Origin: Amphiscolops sp. MND2022 | Lineage: Eukaryota | Direction: 5' to 3' | Length of the DNA stretch: 64,000 nucleotides | NCBI GenBank assembly: GCA_964187785.1 | Contig: OZ076409.1 | Location: 91,514,001 to 91,578,000, forward strand | In this document: positions 24,534 through 36,364 of the stretch, in pieces | How positions within the stretch are numbered: the first letter of the stretch is position 1 | How the letters are laid out: every line of letters begins with the position of its first letter | Notes under the pieces: generated by a model | Database searches by the model: none | What the model was told of the DNA's origin: nothing | What the model saw: only the letters and a program-made list of their open reading frames with translations | Made by a program: the position numbers and the translations under genes

Positions 24534-25167
24534 GGGCGCCTCTATAGCCTGTTGACACGGGACGGGGGCAGTGCGGAATCTCTCTTGTGATGAGCACAGG
24601 CTGCTTGCGAGCTCTTGTCAGCTTTGTGGAGGTGAAACGGGCCCCACGTCCGCATAGTGAGTTGAACTCTGAGCTGCTCTGCAAACCGATGCCATAGACA
24701 TTCTCTATATCTTCCATAGTAGGCTCCGTTAGATCGTCAAGCCGATCAATTTTTGTAGGCGGCTCGTTGAGCGAAAGTTCTCCGTTGGTCATATCCCGTA
24801 AGACTGGGGCAGGCTGTAATGGGGGCAGTTGACGGGGGGTATCCGGCTCTTCAAAGTAGCTTTCTTCAGACGTTTCAGTACTATGCCCTTCCACTATGAA
24901 AGCTTCGCCAGGGCTTGTAGTGTCGAAGTTTATTTTCCTTGGTGAACCGATAGTCTCAAATGTAGACGCTGAGATGCCGGATAGATTTAGACTATTGATG
25001 GAGTCCATCATCTCTTCTGCGCTGCCTTTTGTAGCTTCTAAGGAGGCTTCAGAGAGGCTCAGAACTGTGATCCCATTTAGTGGGAGGGTTTTGATGGGTG
25101 TGCTCTGCCTGACTTCGTTTTCTTCTTCATCAGAAGAGATGTCAATTACGAGTTCATAATTGCTCAT
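24439..25167 (-). CDS. ORF3 of element B (242 aa), SIM-containing accessory protein
   Basis: Starts MSNYELVIDISSDEEE; homologous to 8048-8782 with many synonymous changes. Confidence 0.8.
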   Translation of the reverse strand: MSNYELVIDISSDEEENEVRQSTPIKTLPLNGITVLSLSEASLEATKGSAEEMMDSINSLNLSGISASTFETIGSPRKINFDTTSPGEAFIVEGHSTETSEESYFEEPDTPRQLPPLQPAPVLRDMTNGELSLNEPPTKIDRLDDLTEPTMEDIENVYGIGLQSSSEFNSLCGRGARFTSTKLTRARKQPVLITREIPHCPRPVSTGYRGALSRPAPGRDFSCCGGIPKFARGRGHGRATQC

Positions 25168-25719
25168 TTTTGAATTTTGAAGATTTCAGCTAACTTAACT
25201 TCACGTTTGGGATGCGGCAAATGAAAAGGTCAACTTCCTTTTCGTTCGTAATTTCCCTGCATTCCTATTGGCTGTTATTTTTCTTTTATTCCGGTTCGTT
25301 TTTCTTCGGAAACGTTTCGTTTCCCTCTGCGCTGTGGTTGGCTGAACCGTTATAAATAAAGTTTCTAATTTTGAACTTTATCATGGTGTCGTGAATTCTT
25401 TTCCGAGAGCGATCCGTGTGACGTCATTAATTAGGAAAATAATCTTTTTCTTTTTAGGGCATTTGAGAGGTCAAATTTAATCTTTGGATTTTCTTTCTTT
25501 TTGGAAGCGATATACTTCCGTCAATGGTATGTTAGGCTGGATTAGGAATGTGATGATCTATTTCTTTTCCGTGATAACATTCATTTGACGTGATTCTTTT
25601 GTGCAATGTTTTGAGCCGTGTGGACATTTTCCTCATTCCCTGTCTCCGGGGCGTTTCCGTTGTTTTCTTCTATATCATTTTTTTCTTTTTTAGATTGTTC
25701 TTGAAGATTTCAATGATTC

Positions 25720-28700
25720 ATGGATGACCGTGTAGCCCCTCCTGGTACTTCTGCGGGCTTTGTCAGTGGCAATGAGACATCATTCAACTTCACTGATGAT
25801 GATGTGGTCACTTCTGACGCGGAGGTGTTTCGTCCTACCACGGGTTGGTAAAATCTTTCTGACTTTCATGGGTAATTGGACTATTCTTTTTGGTGATCAG
25901 CCTTTTGTAGTCTTACCCGTAACTCTGACGCGTCAAACCAGATCTTGATTTTCAGTAACTCAACCCATTACTCTTCCCGGGTCCGACTCTGGTGTTCCTT
26001 CTGGGTTACCCGAGGTTTCCGGCGGACTCCCGCCCATTCGTGATGTGCTCCCTGCAGCGACAATTGATGCTGTTCTGTCCTCCATACTTCCTGGGACTGG
26101 GTGCAGTTCATCTTCTGTTCTTCCTGGGGCCGACGCGGCTTCTCCTGCAGTATGTACTGCGCCTTTACTGGCCGGTGGAGATGTACCTTTGCCCACAGAG
26201 GATCCTGTTGTGAGCGAGCCTCGGGGAGCCGAGGTGGATCCGCCCTCCTCTAAAGATGGCGATGCTGAGGGGGAGGAGGACGAAGCCGTTCCAGAGACCC
26301 CCAAACGGAAAAAGCGCGCACGGACACTGAGCGTCGGTTTTACTGAGCCGGTGGTTCAGACTGATAACGAAACCCCGCCTTTTCACGACCTTTTGGAGGG
26401 GGCCTTTAGCAGTTAGTGTTTTTCTATTGCAACTTTATTCGTTGATAGTTGATATTTTTACAGGGTTTTCGTCTTTCACATGATTGAGATGTTTATCGTA
26501 AAAAGTGATGTGTTATTGTAGGCGGTGAGGATGATCTTCCCCTGCTCCTTGGAGGCAGTCCGCTGAGCCCAGGTGATTTGGCGCGCTTTGGGCGACAACT
26601 TGTTGCGGAGGTGGGCAATCGTGCTATGCAGGGCATCGAGACAGGTTTGTGTTATTCCATGTTCTATACGCTATTTGTCCGTTTTGTGCTGGTACTGGGG
26701 TGGGTAGTTTGGGGTTCTCGGTTGTGCTTCTTCAGGGTATGTGTTGTGTTGTAGGATTGTCCCAGCTTACCGAGAAGATTGGCGACCAGCGTCGTACTCG
26801 GACTTATGGCAGCCACAAGCATCTGCATAAACGAATGCTGGATTTGCATCCTGCCTATGCTAAATTTTGTTAGTGGTGCAAAGTGCGGCAAACCTACGGT
26901 CTTCTTCTGTCGTGTTTGTCAGCGGGACGTGAGGATGAAAGCCCAAGGTGCTGGCGAATTTAAGAGGCACTTTGCTTCTGACGGGCACTGGTATCGAGAT
27001 GTGAGCTACCGGGTCCACATGGGTTTGCCAGTGTACAATAGGCTTCTAGAGCCTATGGAGCTGACAGAGAGCCAGGTTGCCGAATTCAAGCTGCGGGCAT
27101 TCGTCGACTTAGCGGAAGGCTTTCCTTTTCCCGAAGATCTGCTCCCCAAGCACTCTCAGGTGGGATCAAACGTTCCCTTCATGACATTTATTTCCTGTAT
27201 CTGCGAGTGGCTCCGAAGTGGCGGCGATTTCTCTCTGTTGCGGCGGTTATGGGCTAACTTCCGTGTTTCCTTGGGAGAGAGTGCTCCTGAGTACCAGATG
27301 AATTGGAGTCGAACCGAGACTGTTGTGAGTATTCTTCTGCGTTTCTTGTTCTTCGTAGTTTTTTTTTCGGTTATATGGTTTTTTGGTGCGTGTTTTGGGT
27401 TTATCCATATAATTATATTCCTGATGGTGTTTGTTTCAGGCTGCAATTTGCCAGGCGCTTGCTCCGCGTGTGTTACGGCTGGTTTTGAGTTGTGTTGGCT
27501 CCAGCAATGAGTATGGCTTGTGCTATGAGAGGAATGCGGACGTTGAACGGTGTTTTGTTCTGTGCTGGCTAAACAACTCGCTGAAACGGATTTGTATCGG
27601 TGAAGAACCTTTGGATCAGCCAATGCCAAAGTCTGAACTTGTTCCTCTGGCACAATTCGTGCACAGTTTGCCTGAAGCCCGTCTGCCATTGTGTATCAGT
27701 GGTGGAAGTCCGTCTCTCATTCGGGTCATAGAGGACAATCGCAACGATGGTAAGCGATTTATCGTTTATGTGCAATTTTCAGAGGAAGTCTTTCTGCAGT
27801 GTGTGAGACAAGCCCACCAAGATGTCTTTGGGATGGTTGAGGTGACCAGCTTGGTCGATTATGTCATCCTGCGATTGAAGAGTGCCGTCTATGAAGATTG
27901 GACTGAAGGCAAGCATCTTTTGCGCAAGTGTATCCGTCAGGGATTCGTGGCCTTTGGATATTTGTGTGAATTGTTGACTGATCTGATAGCCTTATGGCCA
28001 ACAATTCGTCCCTACATTCGTTGCACTGGATTGCCACATGTAAAAGACCAGCCTGATAGTGTTAGTTGTTTTCATTTTGCTTCATTTGTTTTGGGTATTG
28101 GTGATTCCTTTGTGTTGGTTCGTTGGTTACGTGGTGTTGACGTCATTGTATTGTTTCAGTTGCGGGGGATGGACCACACATTGATCTCGGACGGGTTGGT
28201 GACGTACCGCTTTGGGTTGTTGCAGTTGATGCTAGATACTTGTAAGTTGGATGCGTATATTGTATTTGTTGGTGTTTTTTTTGTGTAGGGTTGGGGGGGT
28301 GTGTAGTTCGTGTAGCCAGAGTGAGTTTTCCTTTTCCCTACTTGTAGTGATGGCGATTGTGTTCTGTTTCAGTTCATATCCATCTGGCTAAGTTGCGGGA
28401 GGAGCGTAGTGATTACGCATTTCACAATTATGGCGAGATGTGTAACTTTGTCTATTGTCTCCTCATGAAAACACGAGATTTGTCTGGACTGCCTGGTATC
28501 CACGACTGGGACGAATACATGAGCGTTGATAAGATGTCTGATTTCCCCGCTATAGCTTCGGACGAGTTTCTAGGACAGTGTGCTTTTGGCAAGAGTCTGT
28601 TGTCTGTGAAGACAAGTGAAATGGCCAAATTTCGAACTCGATGTAAGGAGTTCATTGATCGTCTTGCTGTCCTGATTGTGGAGAGTGCCAGTGCCCAGTC

Positions 28701-29595
28701 TGTGGTGTCAAAGGGTTTATACAGTTTTTGTCCGGAGCTGATGTTAGAAGGTGACAATAACTCTGCATTCGAGCTGTTTTCCGAGCTGTGTCAGGTATTG
28801 GAGCGATGTAAGGCCGTTGTTAGTGATGAAGCCAAAGCTGCGCAAGACGAGTACAAAGCATATGTTATTGAGAAGAGGAGGCAGCATTGTCGTTTGGAGC
28901 GGTCTGCTAGTGAGATCCCGGATGTGTGCCGTTATTTGCTCAACGATTTTGCTTTCCGGTCACGGTGTCATTTGCTGCGTATCTTTAAATTGTGCTGCCT
29001 GGTTGTGGGAGAACCTCATCGCGACTACCCTTCGTTTACCATGGACTTGACTGGTTGTGGGCTCAAGAAGACAAGTGTGCTGCTGTGCTTCAGAATTATG
29101 CAGAGTTATATTCTGAGTGCTGACTATTGTCATAAGTCTTTGTTTACGGAAAGTACTCTGGCTCTTCTTCGTTCTGCTATCACTAATGCTGGGTCTTTCT
29201 TCGTTGGGACAGAATTTGACGTGTGGGCTGACTTGAGTGGCCCTGGTGTGGATACTTTCCTCGATTCCTTTTGCCGTTTGTACGACCAGTTTGTAGAAAC
29301 ACGGCGACGAGCTAGTGGGGAGTATTATTCGGAGTGCAACCGGATCAATCGTTTGGCACGTGCGGAGCAAGTTTCGCGATCTAGTTCCGAGGCACGGAGT
29401 ACGAGTAGTTCCGTTGGAAAAAAGAAAGGTGACGTTAGCAAGACTGCGAGTGTGAAACGGCAATCATCGTCAGTTGTTGAGGGCGCATGTTCGTCGAAGG
29501 GGGCAGCCCCAAGATCATCGAAATCGAAAAAGAAGAATCAAGTTGTTGATAAAGACCCTGATGTCTTTCACAAGTTGAAGGTTTCGAAGAAATGA
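25720..29595 (+). CDS. Spliced antisense accessory gene of element B (~1065 aa). Exons 25720-25843, 25956-26411, 26522-26644, 26755-27324, 27440-28060, 28160-28241, 28373-29595; one extra T at ~26865 shifts the frame
   Basis: All introns GT..AG with matching phases; homologous exon by exon to the element A gene; single homopolymer indel (aaattttgtt). Confidence 0.83.
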
Positions 29596-29744
29596 CTTAT
29601 GGATTTTGATCTTTTGAGTTTATATTTTGTTGTGATTTTTCTGTTGATGTATTGTTGGGGTACGTATAGTATCCGTGTAGTTTAGAACATTTCAAAAATT
29701 GACGTAGCCATCCCGGTTCGGCTTGGCCTGTCGAGTGTTTTCAT

Positions 29745-32700
29745 TCAATTTTGAGTCTGAGATGTTTCTTCCGTTGTGACTGCATCAAGCATCCGAAAAT
29801 CGGGATGTGTATTGGGCTTAGGATTAGGACGTAAATTGTATCTTCCAGTTTTCCTCGGGTTGTATCCAACGACTATAGGCGGTAGTGTAGGCGGTATTGG
29901 GGGGCTTTCTGTAGGCGGTGGTGTCCTTATAAAAGGGTTATCGCTGACATCTAGATTAAGTGACGTTTCATTTCCGGAGGGAAGTTGCTCTGCCGTCGAG
30001 TTTTCATCTGCAGTTGTTATAACTGTATCTTGTTCCGTTGTTGCTCCGTAATCCGTTGGCAGTTCTGTGATGGTAGCTTCCTCATTTTCTCTTTCCGGTG
30101 GGTTTCCGAACAGAACTTCTCCGAATTCGGTTTCCCAAGCTTGCGCGTACCAATCGTCATGGGTTGTTTTAACCTCAGGATCTGGAAGCTGTTCTTCCAC
30201 TTTGACTGTTACGTCAGGTACTCGTTGATTGGGCGCATATAGCCTTAGGCGAATTCTATGGAGGGTTTGAGTGTATCTTGTTCCCGTTCGTCTTACGACG
30301 TAGTTGTTATTGGAAAGGACTTTGACCACTATATATGGTCCCGTCCAAATGCAATCTTTGAAAGCGAATTTCATTGACTGGTTATCAGCCTTCGGATTCA
30401 GGACGTAGCAATAGTCATTGATTTTCAATGGCATTGCTGTCGCTTTTTTATCGTAGTATCGCTTATATTTCAAATATGATTGCATAAGGTTGTCCTTGGC
30501 TGATTGATGTATCTCAGCTATTTGTTTCTGTAGTTCATCCGTTAGGTCTTCGTTGGCATCTTTTTTCCATTCTGGCTTGAGTCCTAGTTTGATGTCTAGG
30601 ATGTTGTACGGGATGCGTCCGTGAAACACTGTTGTTGGTTCGCAGCCTAGGCTCTCGTGATAGCTTGTATTGTAATTCATGACTGCTATTTGTACGTACT
30701 TGTGCCACATTGAACGGCGTTCTCCCGTTGATATTTTAAGGGACGTTTTTAGAGATGCGTGCGTTCTCTCTAGTATTCCAATCGTTTGTGCATGTTTCGT
30801 CGATGCGTGGCTAATCCTTATGTCCAGTGCTTGTGCTATTTGGTTCACGACATCTGATCGAAATTGTGATCCTTTATCAGTCAGAATCACTGTGGGCAGG
30901 TAACAGTGGCGTGTCATAACGTCAATTATGCATCGTCCGACGGTTCTGGCAGTCATGTCTTGTGTAGGGTATGCGAATAGGTAGCGAGGAGAGAAAACGT
31001 CCATCATGGTTATGATGTGTTTGTAGCCATTTGATGCGGGTAGGTTGGGTAGTATATCGACTTCTAGACAATCTTCTGGTCCAAATGTGAATTCTGTATT
31101 ACTCAGCATTTTAGGACGTATTTGGCGCGTGTCGATTCGCTTGTTGGCTATGCAGTCTGGGCAGTTGATGACCCAGGCTCGGATTTTTCGCGCTAGTCCC
31201 GGGTAGTAGTACTTTGCTCGGCTTTCCTGAATCATTTTGGTTATTCCTGGATGTTTGTTCATTTTTCCGTGTAGCGTCGATAAGAGCTCTGGTACGATGT
31301 GTTTCGGTATGAGAATTTGGTGATGTGTTACTGTGCCATCTTCTCCGTAGTATTTACGCATGAGTACTCCGTCTTTGACTATTATTCTTTCTTCGTGACG
31401 TAGTAGGTTCCGTCCTCTAGGTTCGGTCTTGAGGAGATGTTTGTCGTACTCTTCATGAAGCAGCCGTAGTTTCAATGCTTTCAATATCGGGTCCGCGTCC
31501 TGTTCGTTGCGAATGCGGGCATTTTCCTTGATGGCTCCAAAGGCGTATACTGCTGAGTTGAGGGGTATGTGCACTGTTTCTGTGACTTCCGTTGTCAAGT
31601 TCTGTTGTTCCTTTTCGTCTATTGCTCGTTGCTTGCTAAGGGCTTTCCTGGCGAAAATTTCTTGTTCTGATTCTTCTTCTTCGTCTGGCAGGAAGAAGAG
31701 TTGTTCTTCGTCCGCGACATCTGTAGATTGTAGGTTAACCTCAATAGGCGCCGTTATGATGTCGTCTCGCAATTTGAGTTGGATTCTCTCTTTTGGAGTT
31801 AATTCGAGGCGAGACAGGAAGTCGGCTGCTGTATTTTGCGAGCCCGCTACGTGCATGATTCGGAATTTGAACTGAAGTACATAGTCACAGGCATTCCAGA
31901 GAGCTGGTGGCGTTGTTTTTGTCTGGAAAAATCTCGTTACTGATCTGTTGTCTGTCAGTACTAGTGTAGGTAGTGTTGTTTCCCAGAGAATGTGACTATA
32001 TTCGAGGAATGCATGATATATTGCGAGGAATTCTTTACAGTATATCGACATCTTCAGTTGTGACGGAGAGAAGACGCGAGATCCGAAAGCTACGGGTGCG
32101 AAAGTTTTTCTTTTGGAGAGAAGTTTTTTGTCATCGTTTTCTTCTATCATGAGCGCGTATCCAGATGCTCTGAAACTAGCATCCGTCATGAGCACGTATT
32201 GTTTTCCTGCAATCGGCTGTCTGAGTGCAAGTCCGCAGGCTTCCGCTAGGCTTGCGTTGATAGCTTTGAAATTGTCAACTAGTTCTTCTGATATAGTGAT
32301 TTTGGCGTCTGCTTTTAAGAGTTCGTATATACCGATCATTTTTTCTGACAGTCGTGGTATGTAGTTTCGGTAGTAGTTGATGAATCCAATGTATTTTTGG
32401 ACTTGTTTCTTTGATCGGGGGAATCTGATTTTGGACAAGAAATTGGTGATCTTGTGGTCTTGCGGGGCTATTCCGTTGGGCGTGATGGTTCTTCCGAGGA
32501 ATTCAACTTGAGTGACCCCGAAGTGGCATTTCTCGATTGTCAGTTTTAGGCCAGCTTTGCGGATGCATTTGAAAACTGCTCTGATGTTCTTGATTAGTTG
32601 TTCCGTTGTGTTGGCGGCAATGCCGATGTCGTCAACATATTGGGCACACTGATCTGCTTTGATGACTGTGTCCAGATATTCTCGCATGAAGCTCGAGAAT

Positions 32701-34958
32701 GCTGACAGTGCTCTGCTGAGGCCTTGTGCCAACCTTCGGTAGGCGAACGTTCTGCTAGCAAAATTAAAAGCGAGAAGTTCTACTGACCTTTGATCTGCCA
32801 TTTGGAGGCAGTGGTAGGCTTGGGAGCAGTCGAGCTTGCAAAACAGTTGTTTCCCCGCTAGGTGTTGTGCCGCATCTGAGAGGGTGCTGATGGGGTGGTT
32901 GTTGTTGATATAGTCATCTGAGATGAGTGCGTTGATCTTCCGCAAATCCACAAGAAGTCGTAATTTGCCGTTGGGTTTGCGTTGCGCGAAGATAGGGCTG
33001 GCGTATTTGGAGAAGGGGAGGGTGGTGATGATCCCGTATTTGTGCATTAAAGCTAGTTCCACTGTGAGGTCGTCTTTGAGGTTGATTGGTACGGGCAAGC
33101 TTTGTGTGTATACCGGGTTGTCATTTTTGGGCGTCAGTGAGACTTTGAATTGCGTATTCATTCCGATGTCTAGCCGATGACGTGCAAAGATATCGTTGAA
33201 TTCAACAAGTATGGATTCTAGGTTTTCACGGTCTTCTCCTGTTATTAGTGAATCATTCCATTTGAATAGCGAAAGGAATTGTGTTCTGGATTTTTCGTCT
33301 CGTTTGGGGACCAGTTCTTCTAGTCGTTGTAATTCGCGTAGTTCTCGTAGGATGCGTTGTTGGATAGGTGTGTGTTCCGATTCATCCCCGGGATTTTCGG
33401 GAGTTGGGAACCAGAATTTCTCTTCTGTTTGTTCTGCCGAATCAACTTGCATCAGTGCGTTAACGTACGCAACAACATCGTCGTGTTCGGTGAGTAGATT
33501 GAGGGCTGCTATATCTACTGCTCGTATCGATTTCGTTTCTTCGGGTTTCAGTATTTGTAATTCTGCTAATTTTGTGTGGGGGGTTATGGTGTAGGGGAAG
33601 TCTGTTGTGTTCGCTATTTTAATAGGCACGCGTTTATCCCGAGCTGTTGTAATTGCAGGGGCTATTATGAGTTTTGCGTTCTCATCATACTGTGGTAGGG
33701 GTTGTATAGTCCCAGTTATTGGGTGGTCAGTACTCACAGTTATGGACGCATGTATGATCCGTGTAGATTGTGCCGGGATGGTGTGTTTTTCTTCGGTTTT
33801 GACGGTGATAGGTTTGGGGTTACACTTCTGCTTTTCGTCTTTCAGGGCCAGGGTGATTTGTATTTGTGGGAAGTCGATTGTTCCTTGCGCTGTGTCTAAG
33901 ATCGCGGAATGTTTCCGGAGAAATGCTAGACCTATGATTGGGAATGATGCTTTTGTCATTATGATGAAGGTTTCTTCAAACGTGTAGTCTCCGATGTTGA
34001 ACTTCATCGTGTATGTTGCGAGAGCTTTTTCAAGTTCGGTATTGGCGTATTGAATTTTAAAGGGTGGCGGCGGTGCTTTTGCGGTTATGGCCGCTTTAGT
34101 TTCCTTTTGTATTTTTTCTGCGTCTCTCTCGCTGATGACATTTATGTAGGCGCCTGAATCTACCAGGGCGTCTATTCTGACCTTTTCGAAGTCTAGGGAT
34201 ATGAAGAGCATTCTCCTTTTCTTCTTTAGGGTAATTGCTGACATCAGTGGAATGTAGTCGTCGTCCTTGTCGTGCTGTATGAATTCTTTTATGACTTTGA
34301 GGTCATAAGGTAGTTGTTGTGGACATTCCGTTATTTCGTCGTCTGCATTATTGTGATCCTGGGTTGGTAATTCGGTTGCTGTTGTTGGGGGTGATACTGT
34401 TTGGTCGGCTGCCTTGCGTTGTTCTTTTTCTTGTTTTGCCCATATTGTCCTATCCTCTATGCAGATAATGTTCTCTGCATCTATGGGAGTGGACGAGGCG
34501 GCGGCGGGTACTGTTGCGGACGGTTGTGTCTTTTTGAGGATTGGTGGTGGCGGTGGTGGTGGATTTGTGGTTTCCGTTGGTTGAGCTTGAGGGTTGTGTA
34601 CCTGGATTTTGAAAGAGAGTTTATCTGTATCGTAAATTGTTGGCTCGTCCCAGGGGTCACATCTGTAGTCTTTATCATATATATAGATACGTTCTGTTTT
34701 TGATTCGGGTAGAGGCCTCTTAAGTGTCGCGTAATTGTCAGGCGACTCTGTTATCCATTGGGGTAGTGGTGTCGGATCATCTGGATGTCTTGCATTGTGT
34801 CGAAGTATCATGCCTACGTTCCAGCGACGTTGCCAGTCTTGAGTTGGTTCCTCATTGCACTCTGTAAGGAAATCTTCTTCATATCTGTTTGGGGGATCCT
34901 GTATCGTGTATGCCCTTGCGTCTACCGTTTCCCCGAAGCGGAGGCGCGGCGTTTTTAG
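29745..34958 (-). CDS. pol: pol of element B (PR, dUTPase-like spacer, RT, RNase H, integrase), intact, expressed via -1 frameshift
   Basis: 1688-aa ORF that stays open upstream to the slippery site; DSGA, YVDD, TDAS, HHCC, DDE, GPY and C-terminal RYNLR motifs. Confidence 0.96.
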   Translation of the reverse strand, partial: LKTPRLRFGETVDARAYTIQDPPNRYEEDFLTECNEEPTQDWQRRWNVGMILRHNARHPDDPTPLPQWITESPDNYATLKRPLPESKTERIYIYDKDYRCDPWDEPTIYDTDKLSFKIQVHNPQAQPTETTNPPPPPPPILKKTQPSATVPAAASSTPIDAENIICIEDRTIWAKQEKEQRKAADQTVSPPTTATELPTQDHNNADDEITECPQQLPYDLKVIKEFIQHDKDDDYIPLMSAITLKKKRRMLFISLDFEKVRIDALVDSGAYINVISERDAEKIQKETKAAITAKAPPPPFKIQYANTELEKALATYTMKFNIGDYTFEETFIIMTKASFPIIGLAFLRKHSAILDTAQGTIDFPQIQITLALKDEKQKCNPKPITVKTEEKHTIPAQSTRIIHASITVSTDHPITGTIQPLPQYDENAKLIIAPAITTARDKRVPIKIANTTDFPYTITPHTKLAELQILKPEETKSIRAVDIAALNLLTEHDDVVAYVNALMQVDSAEQTEEKFWFPTPENPGDESEHTPIQQRILRELRELQRLEELVPKRDEKSRTQFLSLFKWNDSLITGEDRENLESILVEFNDIFARHRLDIGMNTQFKVSLTPKNDNPVYTQSLPVPINLKDDLTVELALMHKYGIITTLPFSKYASPIFAQRKPNGKLRLLVDLRKINALISDDYINNNHPISTLSDAAQHLAGKQLFCKLDCSQAYHCLQMADQRSVELLAFNFASRTFAYRRLAQGLSRALSAFSSFMREYLDTVIKADQCAQYVDDIGIAANTTEQLIKNIRAVFKCIRKAGLKLTIEKCHFGVTQVEFLGRTITPNGIAPQDHKITNFLSKIRFPRSKKQVQKYIGFINYYRNYIPRLSEKMIGIYELLKADAKITISEELVDNFKAINASLAEACGLALRQPIAGKQYVLMTDASFRASGYALMIEENDDKKLLSKRKTFAPVAFGSRVFSPSQLKMSIYCKEFLAIYHAFLEYSHILWETTLPTLVLTDNRSVTRFFQTKTTPPALWNACDYVLQFKFRIMHVAGSQNTAADFLSRLELTPKERIQLKLRDDIITAPIEVNLQSTDVADEEQLFFLPDEEEESEQEIFARKALSKQRAIDEKEQQNLTTEVTETVHIPLNSAVYAFGAIKENARIRNEQDADPILKALKLRLLHEEYDKHLLKTEPRGRNLLRHEERIIVKDGVLMRKYYGEDGTVTHHQILIPKHIVPELLSTLHGKMNKHPGITKMIQESRAKYYYPGLARKIRAWVINCPDCIANKRIDTRQIRPKMLSNTEFTFGPEDCLEVDILPNLPASNGYKHIITMMDVFSPRYLFAYPTQDMTARTVGRCIIDVMTRHCYLPTVILTDKGSQFRSDVVNQIAQALDIRISHASTKHAQTIGILERTHASLKTSLKISTGERRSMWHKYVQIAVMNYNTSYHESLGCEPTTVFHGRIPYNILDIKLGLKPEWKKDANEDLTDELQKQIAEIHQSAKDNLMQSYLKYKRYYDKKATAMPLKINDYCYVLNPKADNQSMKFAFKDCIWTGPYIVVKVLSNNNYVVRRTGTRYTQTLHRIRLRLYAPNQRVPDVTVKVEEQLPDPEVKTTHDDWYAQAWETEFGEVLFGNPPERENEEATITELPTDYGATTEQDTVITTADENSTAEQLPSGNETSLNLDVSDNPFIRTPPPTESPPIPPTLPPIVVGYNPRKTGRYNLRPNPKPNTHPDFRMLDAVTTEETSQTQN

Positions 34959-34964
34959 TTTTTT
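34915..34964 (-). other. -1 programmed ribosomal frameshift signal, element B
   Basis: A AAA AAC at 34958-34964, TAA, 7-nt spacer, then GCCG-cgc-CTCCG-ctt-CGGGG-aaa-CGGT stem-loop; -1 frame traced to MILRHN of pol. Confidence 0.85.
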
Positions 34965-36364
34965 GGCTGGATTTCAACTGTGGGGATCGGTTGTTCGCTG
35001 ATTTGGCTGGTAGGTATGGTAAATTCATGGCGTTTCTTTCTGGGGTCATTTGCCGCATTAGCTCCGTACCAGCAGTTTTCAGTTTTGTGAAGTTTTCCAC
35101 AAGTGTCACATTTAGGTTTGGGCGGGTCATTTGTATTGGTAGCACCGTTTTGCGCTTTAGTTTCGTAGTAGCGGTCTTTGCGGAGTTTTCTGCATTGGGC
35201 TTTGTAGTGGCCGTATTTTCCACAGTGGAAGCAATTTCCTCGTTGGGCGGGCTCTTTTTTCGGTTCCGGGGGAGCAACGTCGACCGTGTTTAGTGGGACT
35301 AATATTGTTTCGTCGGGGGCGCCTAGGCCATTGAGGCGCATCTCTCTTTCGAGATGGAGGACGATGTCGTTGTACGGCTTGTCCTCGAGGTAGGCACGAT
35401 TGAGAATCTTTTTGACATGGTCCGGCATTTTTACGTATATTGCCTTGTCTATGAATTTTTGCGCCTCTGGAACGAACGCTTCTTTCGCGGTTTTTTGCAA
35501 GACATCCTGAAATTCATGTAATTTTTGTTTAGTGGGGTCGAAGTGTAGTGCGTCCCATTCACATCGCGCTTCTGCAGAGGATTGGAAGTCGCCGAAACGT
35601 CGTTTAAAAGCCGTTATGACTTCTTCCAAGTTGTCTTTTTTGGTATCGTCCAGATTACAGTACGCTTGAAGTGCGTTTCCCCTCAGGAGTGAGTGGAAAT
35701 AATTTATTTTTTGGAGTTCAGTTAAGTGAGGATACATTTTGATATTGTTTCGGAATAAGTCTTCGAAAAGTTCGAATTTTTCTGACTTACCATCGAACAC
35801 GGGAAGTGAAGCTGTGAGTGCTTTCGGCATTGGGAGTAGGTTTGTCGATGGGAATGTCTGCGGTTGTGGTGCGAACAGGATTTTTGATGTAGTTGGACGT
35901 TCTTTCGATTGGTCGTTAGGTGCGCGGTGTTTGGGCCTTTTGGTGGGTTGGTTTGTAGAGTCATTGAGGACTCCTGTCACCATGTTACGACTGTTTATCG
36001 GGGTGGTTTTAGAAGCAGTCGCAGTAGTTTTATTTCTGATCGGTGTTGAGGTCACGTTTTCCGGAATGTTGTCGGGATCAGAATCAGACTCTTCTGCTGA
36101 TCTTATTGCAGGTTGTTTTTTAGCGGTTGGGGCAATTAGTTTTAGCATTTCCTTCTGGTTTTCAGCTAAGATTTTAGTAAGATCAGACATTATTTCCTTT
36201 CTCAGTGATAATTTTATTTCCTCTAAGTTATCCGCAGAGACTTTAGGAGATTTGCTTGTACCAGCTACAGGATTTACACTCGAAGTGTTTTCAGGTAGAG
36301 AAGTTTCTATTTCAGTTGAAATAAGCTCTTCAGCTGCTTTTCTCTTTTGACTTCTAGTGGTCAT
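34955..36364 (-). CDS. gag: gag of element B (469 aa); first ~127 codons lie inside the 5' LTR
   Basis: Intact ORF with capsid-like region and two zinc knuckles; reads through the PBS. Confidence 0.95.
   Translation of the reverse strand: MTTRSQKRKAAEELISTEIETSLPENTSSVNPVAGTSKSPKVSADNLEEIKLSLRKEIMSDLTKILAENQKEMLKLIAPTAKKQPAIRSAEESDSDPDNIPENVTSTPIRNKTTATASKTTPINSRNMVTGVLNDSTNQPTKRPKHRAPNDQSKERPTTSKILFAPQPQTFPSTNLLPMPKALTASLPVFDGKSEKFELFEDLFRNNIKMYPHLTELQKINYFHSLLRGNALQAYCNLDDTKKDNLEEVITAFKRRFGDFQSSAEARCEWDALHFDPTKQKLHEFQDVLQKTAKEAFVPEAQKFIDKAIYVKMPDHVKKILNRAYLEDKPYNDIVLHLEREMRLNGLGAPDETILVPLNTVDVAPPEPKKEPAQRGNCFHCGKYGHYKAQCRKLRKDRYYETKAQNGATNTNDPPKPKCDTCGKLHKTENCWYGANAANDPRKKRHEFTIPTSQISEQPIPTVEIQPKN
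35970..35982 (-). other. Primer-binding site of element B
   Basis: TGGTGACAGGAGT abutting the 5' LTR. Confidence 0.75.
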
